Notes: generated by a model not told the origin, from the letters alone. A stretch of 62,745 nucleotides of DNA from Octopus bimaculoides (GCF_001194135.2 NC_068982.1:156732849-156795593); one strand, 5' to 3'; counted from the first letter of the stretch, positions 38,804-51,847 are shown. Numbers and translations are program-made.

Positions 38804-39316
38804 GGGTTGGAACTATAAGATGTATATATGTGTANNNNNNNNNNATATATATATATATATATATATACACACGCATACATATATACTTACATACATGCAC
38901 ACAGTTTAAAGAGGGAGAAGTAGTGAGATAAATAGAGAAAAAGAGAGAGAGGTGGGAAGAGAGAATAAGGAGGTAAATATATTGATAGAATAGAGAAGAT
39001 GTGTTATAGAGGGACCGGTGGATTGATAGACAAGGAGTAGCCAAGTGAGTGATAAAAAGAGAAAGAGAAATAGCAGGAAAGAGGGAGGCAGAGGAAGACA
39101 GACTGAGAAGGAAATAAGGTAGAAAATGGGTAAATAGTGTACAAACGAGTCACTGATCGATTTTCTTTAATCATAACAAACGACGCAAGATTTGTTTAAG
39201 AATCATATGTTCAGGTTTTGCTGTCTGTTTTGTTGTTAAATACAAGACACCTACTTTCTGTACACGTTTACTAACACCGTACCAAATTAAACAACTCTGT
39301 TGCACCTTCGCAAGTA

Positions 39317-39429
<113 letters not shown>

Positions 39430-39976
39430 CACACACATATACACGCACATGTACAGATTCCTCCTTATATATATGCATACAGTATACACACACAAGACAG
39501 CATTACGGTTGTTGGCATTTCTCGGTGTCGAGAATTTGTCTCTATAGAATTTATCGCTTCTTAGACGGCTGTTTAAACCCACTTTTGATCTAAAAGGAGC
39601 ACTGTCAAGTAAAGCACGACAAGTGGCTGGCTCTTTGTTTCTCCGGACAATTTCTTCTATGAGGGCTACTCTTTACGGATATTTCATAGAAGTCTCGTCT
39701 AACATGATAACTTTTTTTCTTCTGAGCGGGTGAGCACAAGACTCAACAACCAGAAGGACACTCTAAGTTGATAGTATACTAAGCCGTTATCACAACACTA
39801 TCACGGATGTAAGTTTAAACGCTTTATTGAAAAGTCAAGCAAAATTTGGAAAAAAACATCCTTCAGGAAAGTCACTGACCACTATGTGCAAAAGTTAACT
39901 GAAGGTAATACTATGCTACTAATAAGCGATTCTTCAACATACACACATACATACATACATACATACATACATACAT

Positions 39977-40720
39977 CAGAGCTGCATCCTCGTTACACGA
40001 GAAAAGCCATTGCCGAAAAGACTTACTGAAATGATTTATTATTGTTGCCATGTGATGCCCTTATATGACTTTTAAGCCTAGCCAAGCTTTTACACATTTT
40101 ATTGCATACTGGACAACTGTGCTGACTAGCAAGAGAAATAGGTGCCACCATATGCACTCTCTTTTCACCTCTTTTTAGACCTCCAACTGAGAGGTACACG
40201 CTTCCACATTTTACACATGTTCTGTTGTGAATTTTAATAGCCACGTCACTGTTTATCATGGACCGATTTCAGTGAGATTTTTGATGGCTCACCAGGCCTG
40301 TACGACTCAAACACTTCCTCCCACAAACCACACATATAAAAAGCAACACTCTCTCAGCCTCCACAGGTTCCCCCTTCTAAGCCCCCTCCTAATTCACTCA
40401 TACTTTACTCTCATCCTCTCAAACTTTGAACAACCATCATGCACTATCTTCCTTCATCCATCGCGGTCTTGTGCCTCCCTCTTCCAATTACCAATTGCAA
40501 TTCCTCTCTGTATTGGAGCATTTTTAAGACGATTCTTAAACCTTAGTTTAGGCCTATGCGCTGGTCTCCTGCCATCTTTCAGCTCACCATACAATAGCTG
40601 CTTGGGCAGCGGCTCATTACTCATTCTTAACCAAATGTCCCCCCCCCCCCATCTCAAACGTTTTTGCAAAATCATTAACTCTATACTTCTACTGCCACTC
40701 CTCTCCAGCACCTCCACATT
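39977..40720 (-). mobile_element. RTE-clade LINE, 3' fragment ending in three C2H2-like zinc fingers
   Basis: SIELMILQKRLRWGG..RMSNEPLPKQLLYGELKDGRRPAHRPKLRFKNRLK..AQDRDG is a typical RTE C-terminus. Then CVVCGRKCLSRTGLVSHQKSH, CVKCGSVYLSVGGLKRGEKRVH and CPVCNKMCKSLARLKSHIRASH. (CATA)n on both sides. Confidence 0.88.
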
Positions 40721-40757
40721 ACATACATACATACATACATGCATGCATACATACATT

Positions 40758-40794
<37 letters not shown>

Positions 40795-40894
40795 AATATA
40801 CTTATGTATACATACATACATACAGACACATCCATACATACATACATACGTACATACATACATACATACATGCATACATACATACATACATACA

Positions 40895-40930
<36 letters not shown>

Positions 40931-40935
40931 TACAT

Positions 40936-42605
40936 GTAAAAGAGCCTCGAACTGGTTACAACATTCTCAAAGGATGTAGGGTTGGAATTTTGGTTAGAAT
41001 AAATCTTGTTATATAGTTGTGAAAAGAGAGAAAACTGTAAACCAGACTACCAACAACTCCATCAGTGACTTGACTGTTTCCCCTATATCTGACGGAGAAT
41101 GTTACAGGTATCTAGGAGTGGATGAAAACATATCTTGCAATGCCACCTTTAGCAAAACATTTGTCATTAAAGATTATTACAGCCAAATAAAGAAACTTTG
41201 AATCTCAGAATCCTCTGCATTCAATAAAACAGTAACCCACAATGTGTTTGCAGTGCCAGTACTCTTACCAACATTTAGGTTGCTTGATTGGACGCTTGAT
41301 GAGATCCGAGCCATTTATGTGAAAACCGAGAAGATACTAACAAGCACAAATATTTTCCACATCAACAGTGACATAAATCACCCCTACATGAAACGAAAAC
41401 AAGGTGGCAGAGGCTTAACATCGATCCAAACTACCTTTGAATGTAGTATATCCCTTCGGCAACATATTTTAACCAACAAGGGTCGAAGTTTGCATATATG
41501 AGGTTGATAAAATTATAAGACATGGAAGGCACCTCCTTGAGCAGCATTCCTTGTCTAATAACCTTAAATACATGCCCAAAGAAGTCACACAACTCTACCG
41601 AAACGTATCATTAGATTAAAGGATAAGCGTATATGGGCAGAAGATCGTGCATGGATATGTTAGTAGAAAGCTCCGACATGATAGTAACATTTGATCATCA
41701 AAGCAGTCTATCATAGACCAACAACCAGATTACTACCCCCCACTTTGAAGGGTATGCAATTCAAGAACAGGATATATCAGCCAAATACCACATGCACAAA
41801 ACTGACAGAGATACTGTGGAGTTAACAGCGAATATATCACCCACATTATAAACAGTTGTCCGAATATATCATCACGGTATTATCTACTAATGAGACATGA
41901 TGTTGTAGCTAGGACCCTTCATAATGAGATCCGTCTGAAGGATAACCATAAGGACAAAGAAATTAGAACCCGCAGTATGGTGGAAGCCATAGACACTCGT
42001 AATAGAAAGGAGTACAAGTGGAGTATCCCAGTGAAAACACTAATAAAATGTAAACACAACAGACTTGATATAATGATTTGTGATAGAGAAGAGAAACTGT
42101 GTATAGTTGTGGAAATCAGCTGCCCAGCGGATGATAGCATAGAGCTGAAGATCTGAAAATACCCATACCTACGCTGAACTATTGAGAAATTTGCTGTTAC
42201 TCTACCCAGATTACAAGTTCAGGTTTATACCTGTAATTATTGGGGCCCTGGGGTGTGTAACACATTGCCTTAATACCAATCTTGAGAAATTAGGCTTATC
42301 AAAACCAGAAAGGAGAAAGCTAATTCGAAGACTACAGATCCAATCCATCACTGAAACAGTAAAAATCTGTAAAACTTTGCAGAAGTTTATCATTTCAATA
42401 TATATGAGCATGTCTAGATATGCAACTATATGCATGAGAATACAAAGATAAAACAAAACATACATATCTGCACATATTCGTACATACATACATACATACA
42501 TACATACATACATGCAAACAAAAATACCCTGTTGTTGACGTTAAAATTCCAATGAATCTGGGTTAGAAACCGGCTCTTTCTCTGTTGGCAAGAAATCTTG
42601 ATATA
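40936..42605 (+). mobile_element. R4/Dong-type LINE (family c), 5'-truncated, decayed
   Basis: FSKDVGLEF, ECYRYLGVDE, MKRKQGGRGLTSI, MRHDVVARTLH, CKHNRLDIMI..VEISCP, FIPVIIGALG. Many stops and frameshifts. Confidence 0.88.
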
Positions 42606-42930
42606 NNNNNNNNNNNNNNNNNNNNNNNNNNNNNNNNNNNNNNNNNNNNNNNNNNNNNNNNNNNNNNNNNNNNNNNNNNNNNNNNNNNNNNNNNNNNNNN
42701 NNNNNNNNNNNNNNNNNNNNNNNNNNNNNNNNNNNNNNNNNNNNNNNNNNNNNNNNNNNNNNNNNNNNNNNNNNNNNNNNNNNNNNNNNNNNNNNNNNNN
42801 NNNNNNNNNNNNNNNNNNNNNNNNNNNNNNNNNNNNNNNNNNNNNNNNNNNNNNNNNNNNNNNNNNNNNNNNNNNNNNNNNNNNNNNNNNNNNNNNNNNN
42901 NNNNNNNNNNNNNNNNNNNNNNNNNNNNNN

Positions 42931-42972
<42 letters not shown>

Positions 42973-44001
42973 TTGATAGATAAATATGCAGTCAAATAGA
43001 TAAGTTATTCATAATATAAAGTTAGAGAAAAATACTCGAGGATAATATTTGCATACTCTATAAAATTACTCACAAAAAAATAGAAGAATAACTATCGAAG
43101 CGATACTTATATTGCAACAATGTCAAAGTAAGCACACAAACAACACACATCAAAAATGTAACTTGTTTGCTAGTGGCATGAAAAGCAAACGGTCAAAGTG
43201 TTGACCACAAGAAAGCAAATCTACAAGAGACTGGTGACGTAGAAGCTTCACAGTGAAAAACTTTTGGTCGGAAAGTCTACATGACTTCAAAGAGTATATA
43301 AGAAAGAATGTAGATGCCAAATTCATTCTGTTCTTGAAAATAAGATTACGAATGTCTGGAAATATAGTATATGGAATATGAATATATGAACTTTATTGTT
43401 CCAAACTAGATGTAAATAACTAATAAGAAAATCCGAAAAATCTAAGATAAAGCTTGAACATCCGTGTATTTAATAAAACATATAGATAGATAGATACACA
43501 CATACATAGAAATACACATTTATGTACTTATATGTAATATATTATATACATTTTCTAGATATTAGTCTTAGTTACTTTCGCGTCCCCAAGACCATCAAGG
43601 GACGAGTTATCTTCGCCCAGTACGGTCGCTTGCTTTCTTCTTTGCTCGGTGTATTCTTGTCAGATTCTCCTTCACAGATCCTCTTTAACTAGGACTTGAC
43701 ATGTCTGTCCCATATTCTAACAGAGGGGATTTCTCTCTCTCTCTCTTTCACTTGTCACTTCATTGGCATCCCCACAACATAGCCTTGAATCCTCCTCCTG
43801 TGTTGTTTCGTTCACAGCCACCGCCATATAAACTTTAGACTTAAAACGATCTTGCGACAGACAGAATTCTTTAACATAGTTTTGCATTTCCGTTCTCTCT
43901 ATTTCGGTAATTACAGGGGGTTGACTGTTAATGAATAACATTCTCCACTTACCTAAGTAATTCATTAGAAATATGGCAATAAATTCACCACATATTGAGT
44001 G

Positions 44002-44074
44002 ACCTGGCTAATTCAATCGGTAGAGCACTAGTCTCTTAATCTCAGGGTCGTGGGTTCGAACCACACATTAGGCA
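44002..44074 (+). pseudogene. tRNA-Lys(CTT) pseudogene
   Basis: acctggctaattcaatcggtagagcactagtctCTTaatctcagggtcgtgggttcgaaccacacattaggca follows the metazoan tRNA-Lys-CTT layout, anticodon at 44035-44037. Mismatches in the acceptor, D, anticodon and T stems. No CCA; T6 run at 44080-44085. Confidence 0.82.
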
Positions 44075-44089
44075 GAAAATTTTTTGTTA

Positions 44090-44506
44090 GGCGCAGGTAA
44101 GAAACTTTGTTTCTAACCATATCATTTGGGGTCGAGTCCCACTCTGTGGTACCTTGGAAAAGTGTCTTCTTAGCCACTGATTCACCAAAGCTTTGCCAGT
44201 GGATTGGGTAGACTGAAACTGAAAGAATCCCGTCGCATGTATATGTGTGTATGTATGTGCGTGTGAGTATAAATGTGTGTGTGCGTATATATGCATGTGT
44301 GCATATATAAGCAGGTGTGTCTATCCCAACATTCCTAGTTTGACAACCAGTGTTGGTTTCTGTACGAGCGTGTAACGTAGCAGTTCGGCAAAAGACAACA
44401 ACAGAATAAATAAAAGGGGGTCAATTTCTTCGACTAAGAACCTCTCAAAGTCGTACCCGAGTCCGAGCATCACCACAGACCAATGACTAAGTGAGCAAGT
44501 AAAAGA
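44090..44506 (+). mobile_element. SINE family A, diverged
   Basis: gcgcagg..gtaagaaactttg..gaaactgaaagaatcccgtcg, microsatellite, gtagcagttcggcaaaag, degenerate 3' end. Confidence 0.75.
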
Positions 44507-45003
44507 TAAACAATAAAAGTGTACATGATTTGAACTTACCATCTCGCGCCAAGAGCTCACTTCTTTAACAAAGTTCTGTCGTTTTGTCCTCCATATTTCA
44601 GTAACTACGCAAAGTTTCATATTAACATCAATTGGACTTAACAATTTCCTATTCTTTCATTATTATTTTACAAGCTTTATTTTACGTTCCTGAACACACA
44701 ACACACTATATATTCATTATCGCAAACAGCGTTATGTCTGTATCAGCAACAAGGGAATAAAATAACCAAAAGCCAACAAGAAATGTGACTTTGCTAATAG
44801 AAAATATTATTTTTTCCAATTAGATATTTTCTAGCAAAAGTAGGAGGGTCATCATAATTGGCATTTTCATAACGTTAAAGAAAATATAACAATTTACAGA
44901 ATTAGACAGAATTACTATAGCTATTAATTCAAATTGTCCGAGCAGAATATGTTCTGCTTGCCTATGCACGAGCTTTATATTTTATGCATTCTTATATTAC
45001 TAG

Positions 45004-45044
<41 letters not shown>

Positions 45045-45354
45045 ACTATCTATCTATCTATCTATCTATCTATCGACGTGTCTATCTATTTCTTTGTGCG
45101 TTTAACAGTGAGGCAAAAACATATATATACATACCCGCACATGCACAAGCGCTCACATATATTTGTCAATTTATCTATCTGCAAATTAACCTATCTCATT
45201 CTATACACAAGTTCCGTTGCTATCCTTTCTTTGTCATGTAATCTATATAGAGCAATATCTGTTCACATCTCAGTCAACTAATTAATCAGTCAGTCTATAC
45301 TTATATATCAAATTCCCTATGTAGACCAAGCTGTTTATGTATATGTATATGTAT

Positions 45355-45396
<42 letters not shown>

Positions 45397-46055
45397 NNNN
45401 NNNNNNNNNNNNNNNNNNNNNNNNNNNNNNNNNNNNNNNNNNNNNNNNNNNNNNNNNNNNNNNNNNNNNNNNNNNNNNNNNNNNNNNNNNNNNNNNNNNN
45501 NNNNNNNNNNNNNNNNNNNNNNNNNNNNNNNNNNNNNNNNNNNNNNNNNNNNNNNNNNNNNNNNNNNNNNNNNNNNNNNNNNNNNNNNNNNNNNNNNNNN
45601 NNNNNNNNNNNNNNNNNNNNNNNNNNNNNNNNNNNNNNNNNNNNNNNNNNNNNNNNNNNNNNNNNNNNNNNNNNNNNNNNNNNNNNNNNNNNNNNNNNNN
45701 NNNNNNNNNNNNNNNNNNNNNNNNNNNNNNNNNNNNNNNNNNNNNNNNNNNNNNNNNNNNNNNNNNNNNNNNNNNNNNNNNNNNNNNNNNNNNNNNNNNN
45801 NNNNNNNNNNNNNNNNNNNNNNNNNNNNNNNGTATGTACGTATGCCTTCAGGTATTGCTCGTTTTCAAGTAAGAGACCACATGTTATACTAATATGTACA
45901 GTGAGTTAATTATAAATAAAGAAGCTCCAAGTAACAATATCTGTAAATGACCAGCAATACATAATTCTGTGGCAGTTCGAGAGGGAGAGAGAGGAGAGTG
46001 AAAAGGAAGGGAGAAGTAGAGAGAGAGACGTAGAGGAGAGAGAATAGGAAGGGAG

Positions 46056-46106
<51 letters not shown>

Positions 46107-46209
46107 GGAAAGAGAGATAAGAATGTGCTTGGGGAGAGAAACAACAAAACGATAAATGATAATGTGAATGATGAAGAATCGTAATGATTATAATAATGAT
46201 GACAAGGTA

Positions 46210-46225
46210 CCTACTGCTACTACTG

Positions 46226-46291
<66 letters not shown>

Positions 46292-46420
46292 TTACTACTA
46301 CTACTACTCANNNNNNNNNNACTACTACTACTATTACTACTACTACTACTCATCATCATCTTCATCATCGTCGTCGTCGTCGTCATCATCATCATCATCA
46401 TCATCATTATCATCATCATT
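46210..46420. repeat. Compound (ACT)n/(ATC)n/(GTC)n microsatellite
   Basis: Direct reading, includes a 10-N gap. Confidence 0.9.
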
Positions 46421-46427
46421 TAGGCGA

Positions 46428-46622
46428 GGCCAGCGAGCTGGCATAATCATTAGCACGCTGAACTAAATGCTTAGAGGCAATTCTTCCGGATCTCTACGTT
46501 CTAGGTTCAAATTCCGTCGAAGTTGCCTTTGCATTTCATCCTTATGTGCTGAATGATTATTACTACTTGAGCACAAAATTTTCAAGCTTTCTGCCGATAG
46601 TAAAATTATTATTATTATTATT
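46428..46622 (+). mobile_element. SINE family B, diverged, with (ATT)6 tail
   Basis: ggccagcgagctggcataatcattagcacgctg..ggttcaaattccg..gcctttgcatttcatcc; ATT x6 at 46605-46622. Confidence 0.75.
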
Positions 46623-47352
46623 CAGTAGTTTTATTTTTATAACGTGCTTTCACTTCACTACCGAGCGCAGCTCTGTGCGCCTTGGGTATGTGCTGTGGTT
46701 TGCTGTGGTGCTCTTATGTTTACTGTATTGAAAGTGTTTTGCGTAGAATGTGTGCAGTACCCAGTAGTGCAATTTTCTGTATGTTATATATATTTGTAAG
46801 TCCTGGTGTTTTTGTTATGTATTTGTCTGAATATTTTTTTATTATACCTAAGGCACCTACTATGATAGGAATTGTTTCTGATTTTAGATTCCACATTCGA
46901 GTTATCTCTATTTCCAGGTCTTTGTATTTTGAAAGTTTTTCCATTTCTTTTAGAGAANNNNNNNNNNNNNNNNNNNNNNNNNNNNNNNNNNNNNNNNNNN
47001 NNNNNNNNNNNNNNNNNNTTTCTCTATCTGTGTGTATTGGCATATCCCAGAGTATGGTTGCTTTCTCGTTTTCTGTGACCTTTTCTGGCGTGTGTTTATA
47101 CCATCTTTTTTCTGTTGCTATTCCATAATGTTGGCATAGCTTCCAGTGTATATAGGTCCCAGCTCTGTCGTGTCTGTGAATATATTCCTTCTTAGCCAGG
47201 ACTGGGCAGCCAGAGATAATATGATTTATTGTTTCTTGTCGATCTCCACATATTCTACAGTTACTTGTTATATTTCTTTTCATTATGTGTTTTTGGTAAT
47301 TTCTGGTGGGGAGGCTTTGGTCTTGTGCAGCAATTAAAAATCCTTCAGTCTC
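46623..47352 (-). mobile_element. R4/Dong-clade LINE (family b), 5'-truncated, well preserved
   Basis: ORF 46720-47283: intact CCHC CRICGDRQETINHIISGC, RHDRAG, WYKHTP..ILWD, EKLSKYKDL..IPIIVGALG..ALLGTAHILRKTLSIQ*. ATT tracts on both sides (46605-46622, 47353-47390). Confidence 0.92.
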
Positions 47353-47390
<38 letters not shown>

Positions 47391-50300
47391 TAAAATGTCT
47401 CTTCGTAGAGTTCTTGATTTTACTTGCTCCTAATCATTCTGTAAGAGCTGTCAGGGCCTTTTCTTATGAGACTTAACACCCAAGTACAAATTTCAAATCC
47501 TTGCTGTCCTCAATAGAGCACTTTTCAGAGCAGCTTCTACTCTCATGTCTATCCCAGTTACTCAAATAGCATGGTCTACTCTCATGTCAATGCCAAGATG
47601 GTCTCCAAGTAGGGATGGCAACAGAATCCTCAAATCCAGGACCTACTTCTTCACCCTCACTTTACTTTTCAAGTGAAACTTGAAAAAGTCGACGAGGGCT
47701 TTACCAAAGAGGAAACTTTCTGTCATCATTCCTTTCAGCCTCGTCCACCAGATAACCTCTTTCGCCACAGTCACCAAACAAAGGAAAACTGCCTTGCCAG
47801 CCCAATTAAAGGAGGGCAGCGGGGCAATCATCATTATGGACTCGGCTGACAGACCAATCTGTCCTACGCTCGACAGCAGCTGTTCGACACGTCAGCAATG
47901 CCCGGACACTGAACGAGAGCATGCAGAACAGTTTCGTCGCTCTGCAAACACCTCGGTGAAGCCCGTCTGACAGCTCATCCATGTCTGTAAAGTTCATCTC
48001 GAACCGGTAGCGTATCCCGGTAGCACTGCCAGGCCAAAGACATCTGGAAATTACCCATAACAGTCCCCAACTGGAAAGCCCTCCGGAAGAGACTTGCTAG
48101 TTCGTCTTCATCGACGCCTAGAGTCTCCCCGAGGATGCCGTCGCGCTTCCCCGCTACTAAACCTCTTTAAGTATCTGAAGTGGAACATCCACCGATCCTA
48201 TTGCCCGACTTGTAGAGGACAGTTAGCGCCTGACGACATTCTAAGTGCCAGGCGCCCAGGCTCGGCTTATCTTTTACCCAAAACTGCAGCTCCGTCAACG
48301 AGACGAGCTGCGGAAATGCGTATCTCACAAACGGAGCCCACACACGTTCACCTGTTAAAAATCGCTGCAGGTGACGCAACCTGAGTGCGTGTCTGCGCGT
48401 TAAAAGCCGAGGCATGCCTAAGCCGCCATGTAAAGGAAATTGGCAGCAGAACGATTGCCTGGCCATTGGAACGCGTTCCTTCCACAAGAAAATAAACAGG
48501 ATACGCTCCAATCTAATGAAACAGTAACTGGGGCAAGGCACGACGGTCAGACGATAAATAATAACAAGCAATGTAGGCATTTCAGGTACAACGTCCTCTC
48601 TGCCTATTTCTGGGTAAGAGAGATCACCCTGTTGGTCACTTTTTCCTAATTTTTATCGACCTAGAAGTCGGGACCGAACCAGACCCGAGCAGTTTAATAA
48701 GTCCGACAGTCCAGCGTCCGATGAAGCCGTCCAACGGCATCGATCTGCCTTTCCAGGTGCCCAGTCGCAATCCCACCGACTTGTCGGCATTGTTTTCAGC
48801 TCCAGCAACCGACTCATACTCCTTTACAATGGAGCCGACGGTCTCCACTTTGGAGGCGTCCGACACCATGACGGCGGCGTCGTCCGCTTATGCAGACATT
48901 GTCCTTCCGAGTCCAATTTTGAAAGGGAGGCTTCTTAACTGTTCCAGCTTATGCAGCAGTAGCTCGAGAGCGAGCACATACAGAAGAAGTGACAGCGGAC
49001 AGCCCTGACGGACCGAACGTGCGATATTAAACGGTACTTTGACTACCGAGAAGGTGCCGCTGTGCATTGCAGCAATCTAGCCTCTGAAAACGGGTCCGAA
49101 ACCGCTCGTTTTAAGCACGGCTTCCAAGTAGCGATGGTCTACCATTTCGACTGATCTACATTGATCAGGGCTCCACCGAAGCCAGCTTTAGTCCTAGCCT
49201 TCGTTACGATGTATCGCATAAGATGGAGGTTGTCGTGGAAGGACCTGCTCGGGATTGCACACATTTGTGTCTCCCCGACCAGACTATCAACGACAAGCGC
49301 CAACATTTTCCCTAATATTTTGGCCAAAATCTTAAATTCTGTGTTTAGCAGAGCTATGGGCCGAAGATTCCCTAGCACGTCCCCAGGTCGGCATCCTTTC
49401 TCAGAAGTGAAGCTACAGCACTAGGAATTCTTTCGTTCTGTTGCTAATTACTGTAGACATCTGCAAAAAGGTTGCCAAACAAATTTGGCATGAAAACGTA
49501 GAATTCGTAGAGCAAACAATCCAAACCGGGCAGTTTGTGACTTGCGCAATCACTCATCACCTCCCATATTTCAGAGGCTCAAACCGGCATTTCACAGAAT
49601 CTCGCGTCCGTCACCGAGAGCCGTGATAGGCCGTCTAGGTACGAAGTAAAGTTCGCTACCGTCGTCATCCCATCACCCTCCCTAAACAGCCGCGCAAAGT
49701 GCTGTTGGAAAGCTGCACATATCTGCTCAGAACTGAGCAGCACACCTCCGTCCTGATCCGTCAAAGACTTGAGCGTAGTTTTGCTTCCATGTCGCGTCTC
49801 TACCGTTCGGGCCCATCGGACGGCTTTATTTCTTTCGTGTTTTATCGCACGGGCCATAGCTCTGACAACGCGCCCTTCATGTTTCGCCTTAAAGAAATGG
49901 TCAAGGGCCATTCTCGCCGATAACATGTCGGAAAGCTGGTAAGTCCCGAGCATGTTTTCGAAGTTTTTACACCCCATTCTATTAAGTACTAAACCCACAC
50001 AGTCCTTCCGTGCGTCCAAAATACTATTCTAGGCCCCCACTAGTAGTAAAGTGCTAGACGTTCTCAAGAATGCTTCTAGACATCTGAAGAAATCTGAGCT
50101 TCCAGCGCCTGTTGGGGCATAAACCGTCACTAGTCTAAAGGCACCACCTTCGCTGCCATTCACGTCCAAGACAACCACCCTATCAACCGGGTCTTGGAAG
50201 ATGGCCCGTACTTTGAGATGTAAATATCTACGGAGTATCACTGCTACACCGCCACCCGCTCCCGATAGATCACAGCATGAGAATACCTCGTAGTCCTCGA

Positions 50301-51580
50301 AAATGGATGCTAGAGCGTGTTTTCCGGTGATCCTTTTTCATTAATGGCAGTCACATCCAAATCAAGTGACCTGAGATTGTTGGTCAAGTGACCTGTGATC
50401 GTTGATCAAGTGACCTTACTTCCAAGCTGATCCCAGTCCATGCACATTCACATACTCCATTCACAGCACAGCCATGCTAGTCAGCAGAAGAACATGAGGA
50501 GGTTACTTACCTTGATTTTAGAGAAGCCCGGAAGTTCCGGTCCACTTTACTGTCGAAAATGTTTAAAAAGATCCTCCCAGCAGCCTTTATCAACAGATTT
50601 ATTAAAAATCCCCACACTACCTGAGAATTTTTCTATTATAGTTTTATAAACGTCTGACGACGTTTCAATTAAGAGTCTGACGATGTTTCAATTAAAAGTC
50701 TGACCTTTTGAGTTTTGAGGATGAAATCCTCAAATTCCTTTCCCACCAGTGAAGCATTATTTTTCCTTGTTTCAGGGCATAAAGCCTTTAAGTGATTTAC
50801 AGATCCACATGTGTGGAATCTTAGGTTTCTACTCTACAAGAACACTGACACGTGAGTACCAACCGGGAGAACGATTAGATCGGGCAGCTGGTCGATATAC
50901 CCTGCTTGCATTGCAAGATTAGTTCCATACCTGTACCTTACCAGTTTTGCTTAGGTAGTTTCTTGACCAACAATATTGTGACTTCGTTTTCTTCTAATCC
51001 TGCCAAGATGTTCGCCACTGACCAGGTAATGGATATTTTTGGCTGCAGATTCAGCTCCCTAATCTTGGCAAGACGTTGGCCGCGATAGCTGGGGATTAAG
51101 AAAACGTTGTCATTCCTCAAAGTGGTCATGGAATTACATCTAGCTTCTTCCGTCCCAAATCTCACCTCAGTGGTTCCAAACTTCTTTCCACGGGTGAAGT
51201 GGGTCTTTTGTTCCCACACGGGTAAAGCATTGTTCCCCCATCGACCCAAGTCAATTTTGTACCTCGCTCCCAGGAGCATTCTCTACCCGCCAAGACTTGA
51301 CTCCAATGCAATGGTATGTGACCATGCATCTTGCGATATTTCTATCACGTCGGATGGAGGGTTTCGAGCCATCCTTCTCCCATCTCTTTTTACAATTTTT
51401 CTTGCCAATTTTAATTCTTCTTCATCTATGTGGAAACTTTCAATATTTCCCGCCGCATACGCAAAAGGCACAGAGACAATATTTGCATTTTTGTTTCATT
51501 TCTTTCGTATGGTTGTTGCTGCTAGTGTTGTTGCTGTTACTACTGCTGCTGTTACTGTTGTTATTCTCATTGTCGTAATA
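47391..51580 (-). mobile_element. Tx1/L1-like LINE, near full length, decayed
   Basis: ORF1 PFAYAA..DEEELKLARKIVKRD and knuckle FHTCGSVNHLKALC. APE VVVLDVNGSEGGAFRLVTVYAP. RT NLRPIALLNTEFKILAKIL, RSVRQGCPLSLLLYVL, SA*ADD. C-terminal PRCLQSDETVLHALVQC. (AAT)n tail. Confidence 0.9.
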
Positions 51581-51645
51581 ATAATAATAATAATAATAAT
51601 GAAGAAGAATTACGCAAGAATTATCGTACAAAGGCAATCCTATCT

Positions 51646-51847
51646 ATCCTAGGCACAAGGCCAGCAATTTTAGGGAGGGGCAAATCGACTACATTGACCT
51701 TAGTGTTCAAATGGTACTTACTTTACCGACCCCAAAAGGATGAAATGCAAGGTCGACCTCGGCAGAATTTGAACTCAGAACCTGAAGACGGACGAAATGC
51801 CGCTAAGCATTTTGCTCGGCGTGCTTACGATTCTGCTAGCTCACCAC
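51646..51847 (-). mobile_element. SINE family B
   Basis: Reverse complement gtggtgagctagcagaatcgtaagcacgccgag..gagttcaaattctgccgaggtcgac. Confidence 0.85.

Noticed and set aside
40023-40259. Host C2H2 zinc-finger gene
   Set aside because: The fingers are continuous with RTE C-terminal sequence, lack TGEKP linkers and are followed by a retroposon-type repeat tail.
43717-43965. 82-aa ORF and nearby AG/GTAAGT donor on the minus strand as a host exon
   Set aside because: No recognisable domain, and the donor would place this ORF in an intron; such sites occur by chance.
44002-44074. Functional tRNA-Lys gene
   Set aside because: Only two of five anticodon-stem pairs form, and both terminal acceptor-stem pairs are mismatched.
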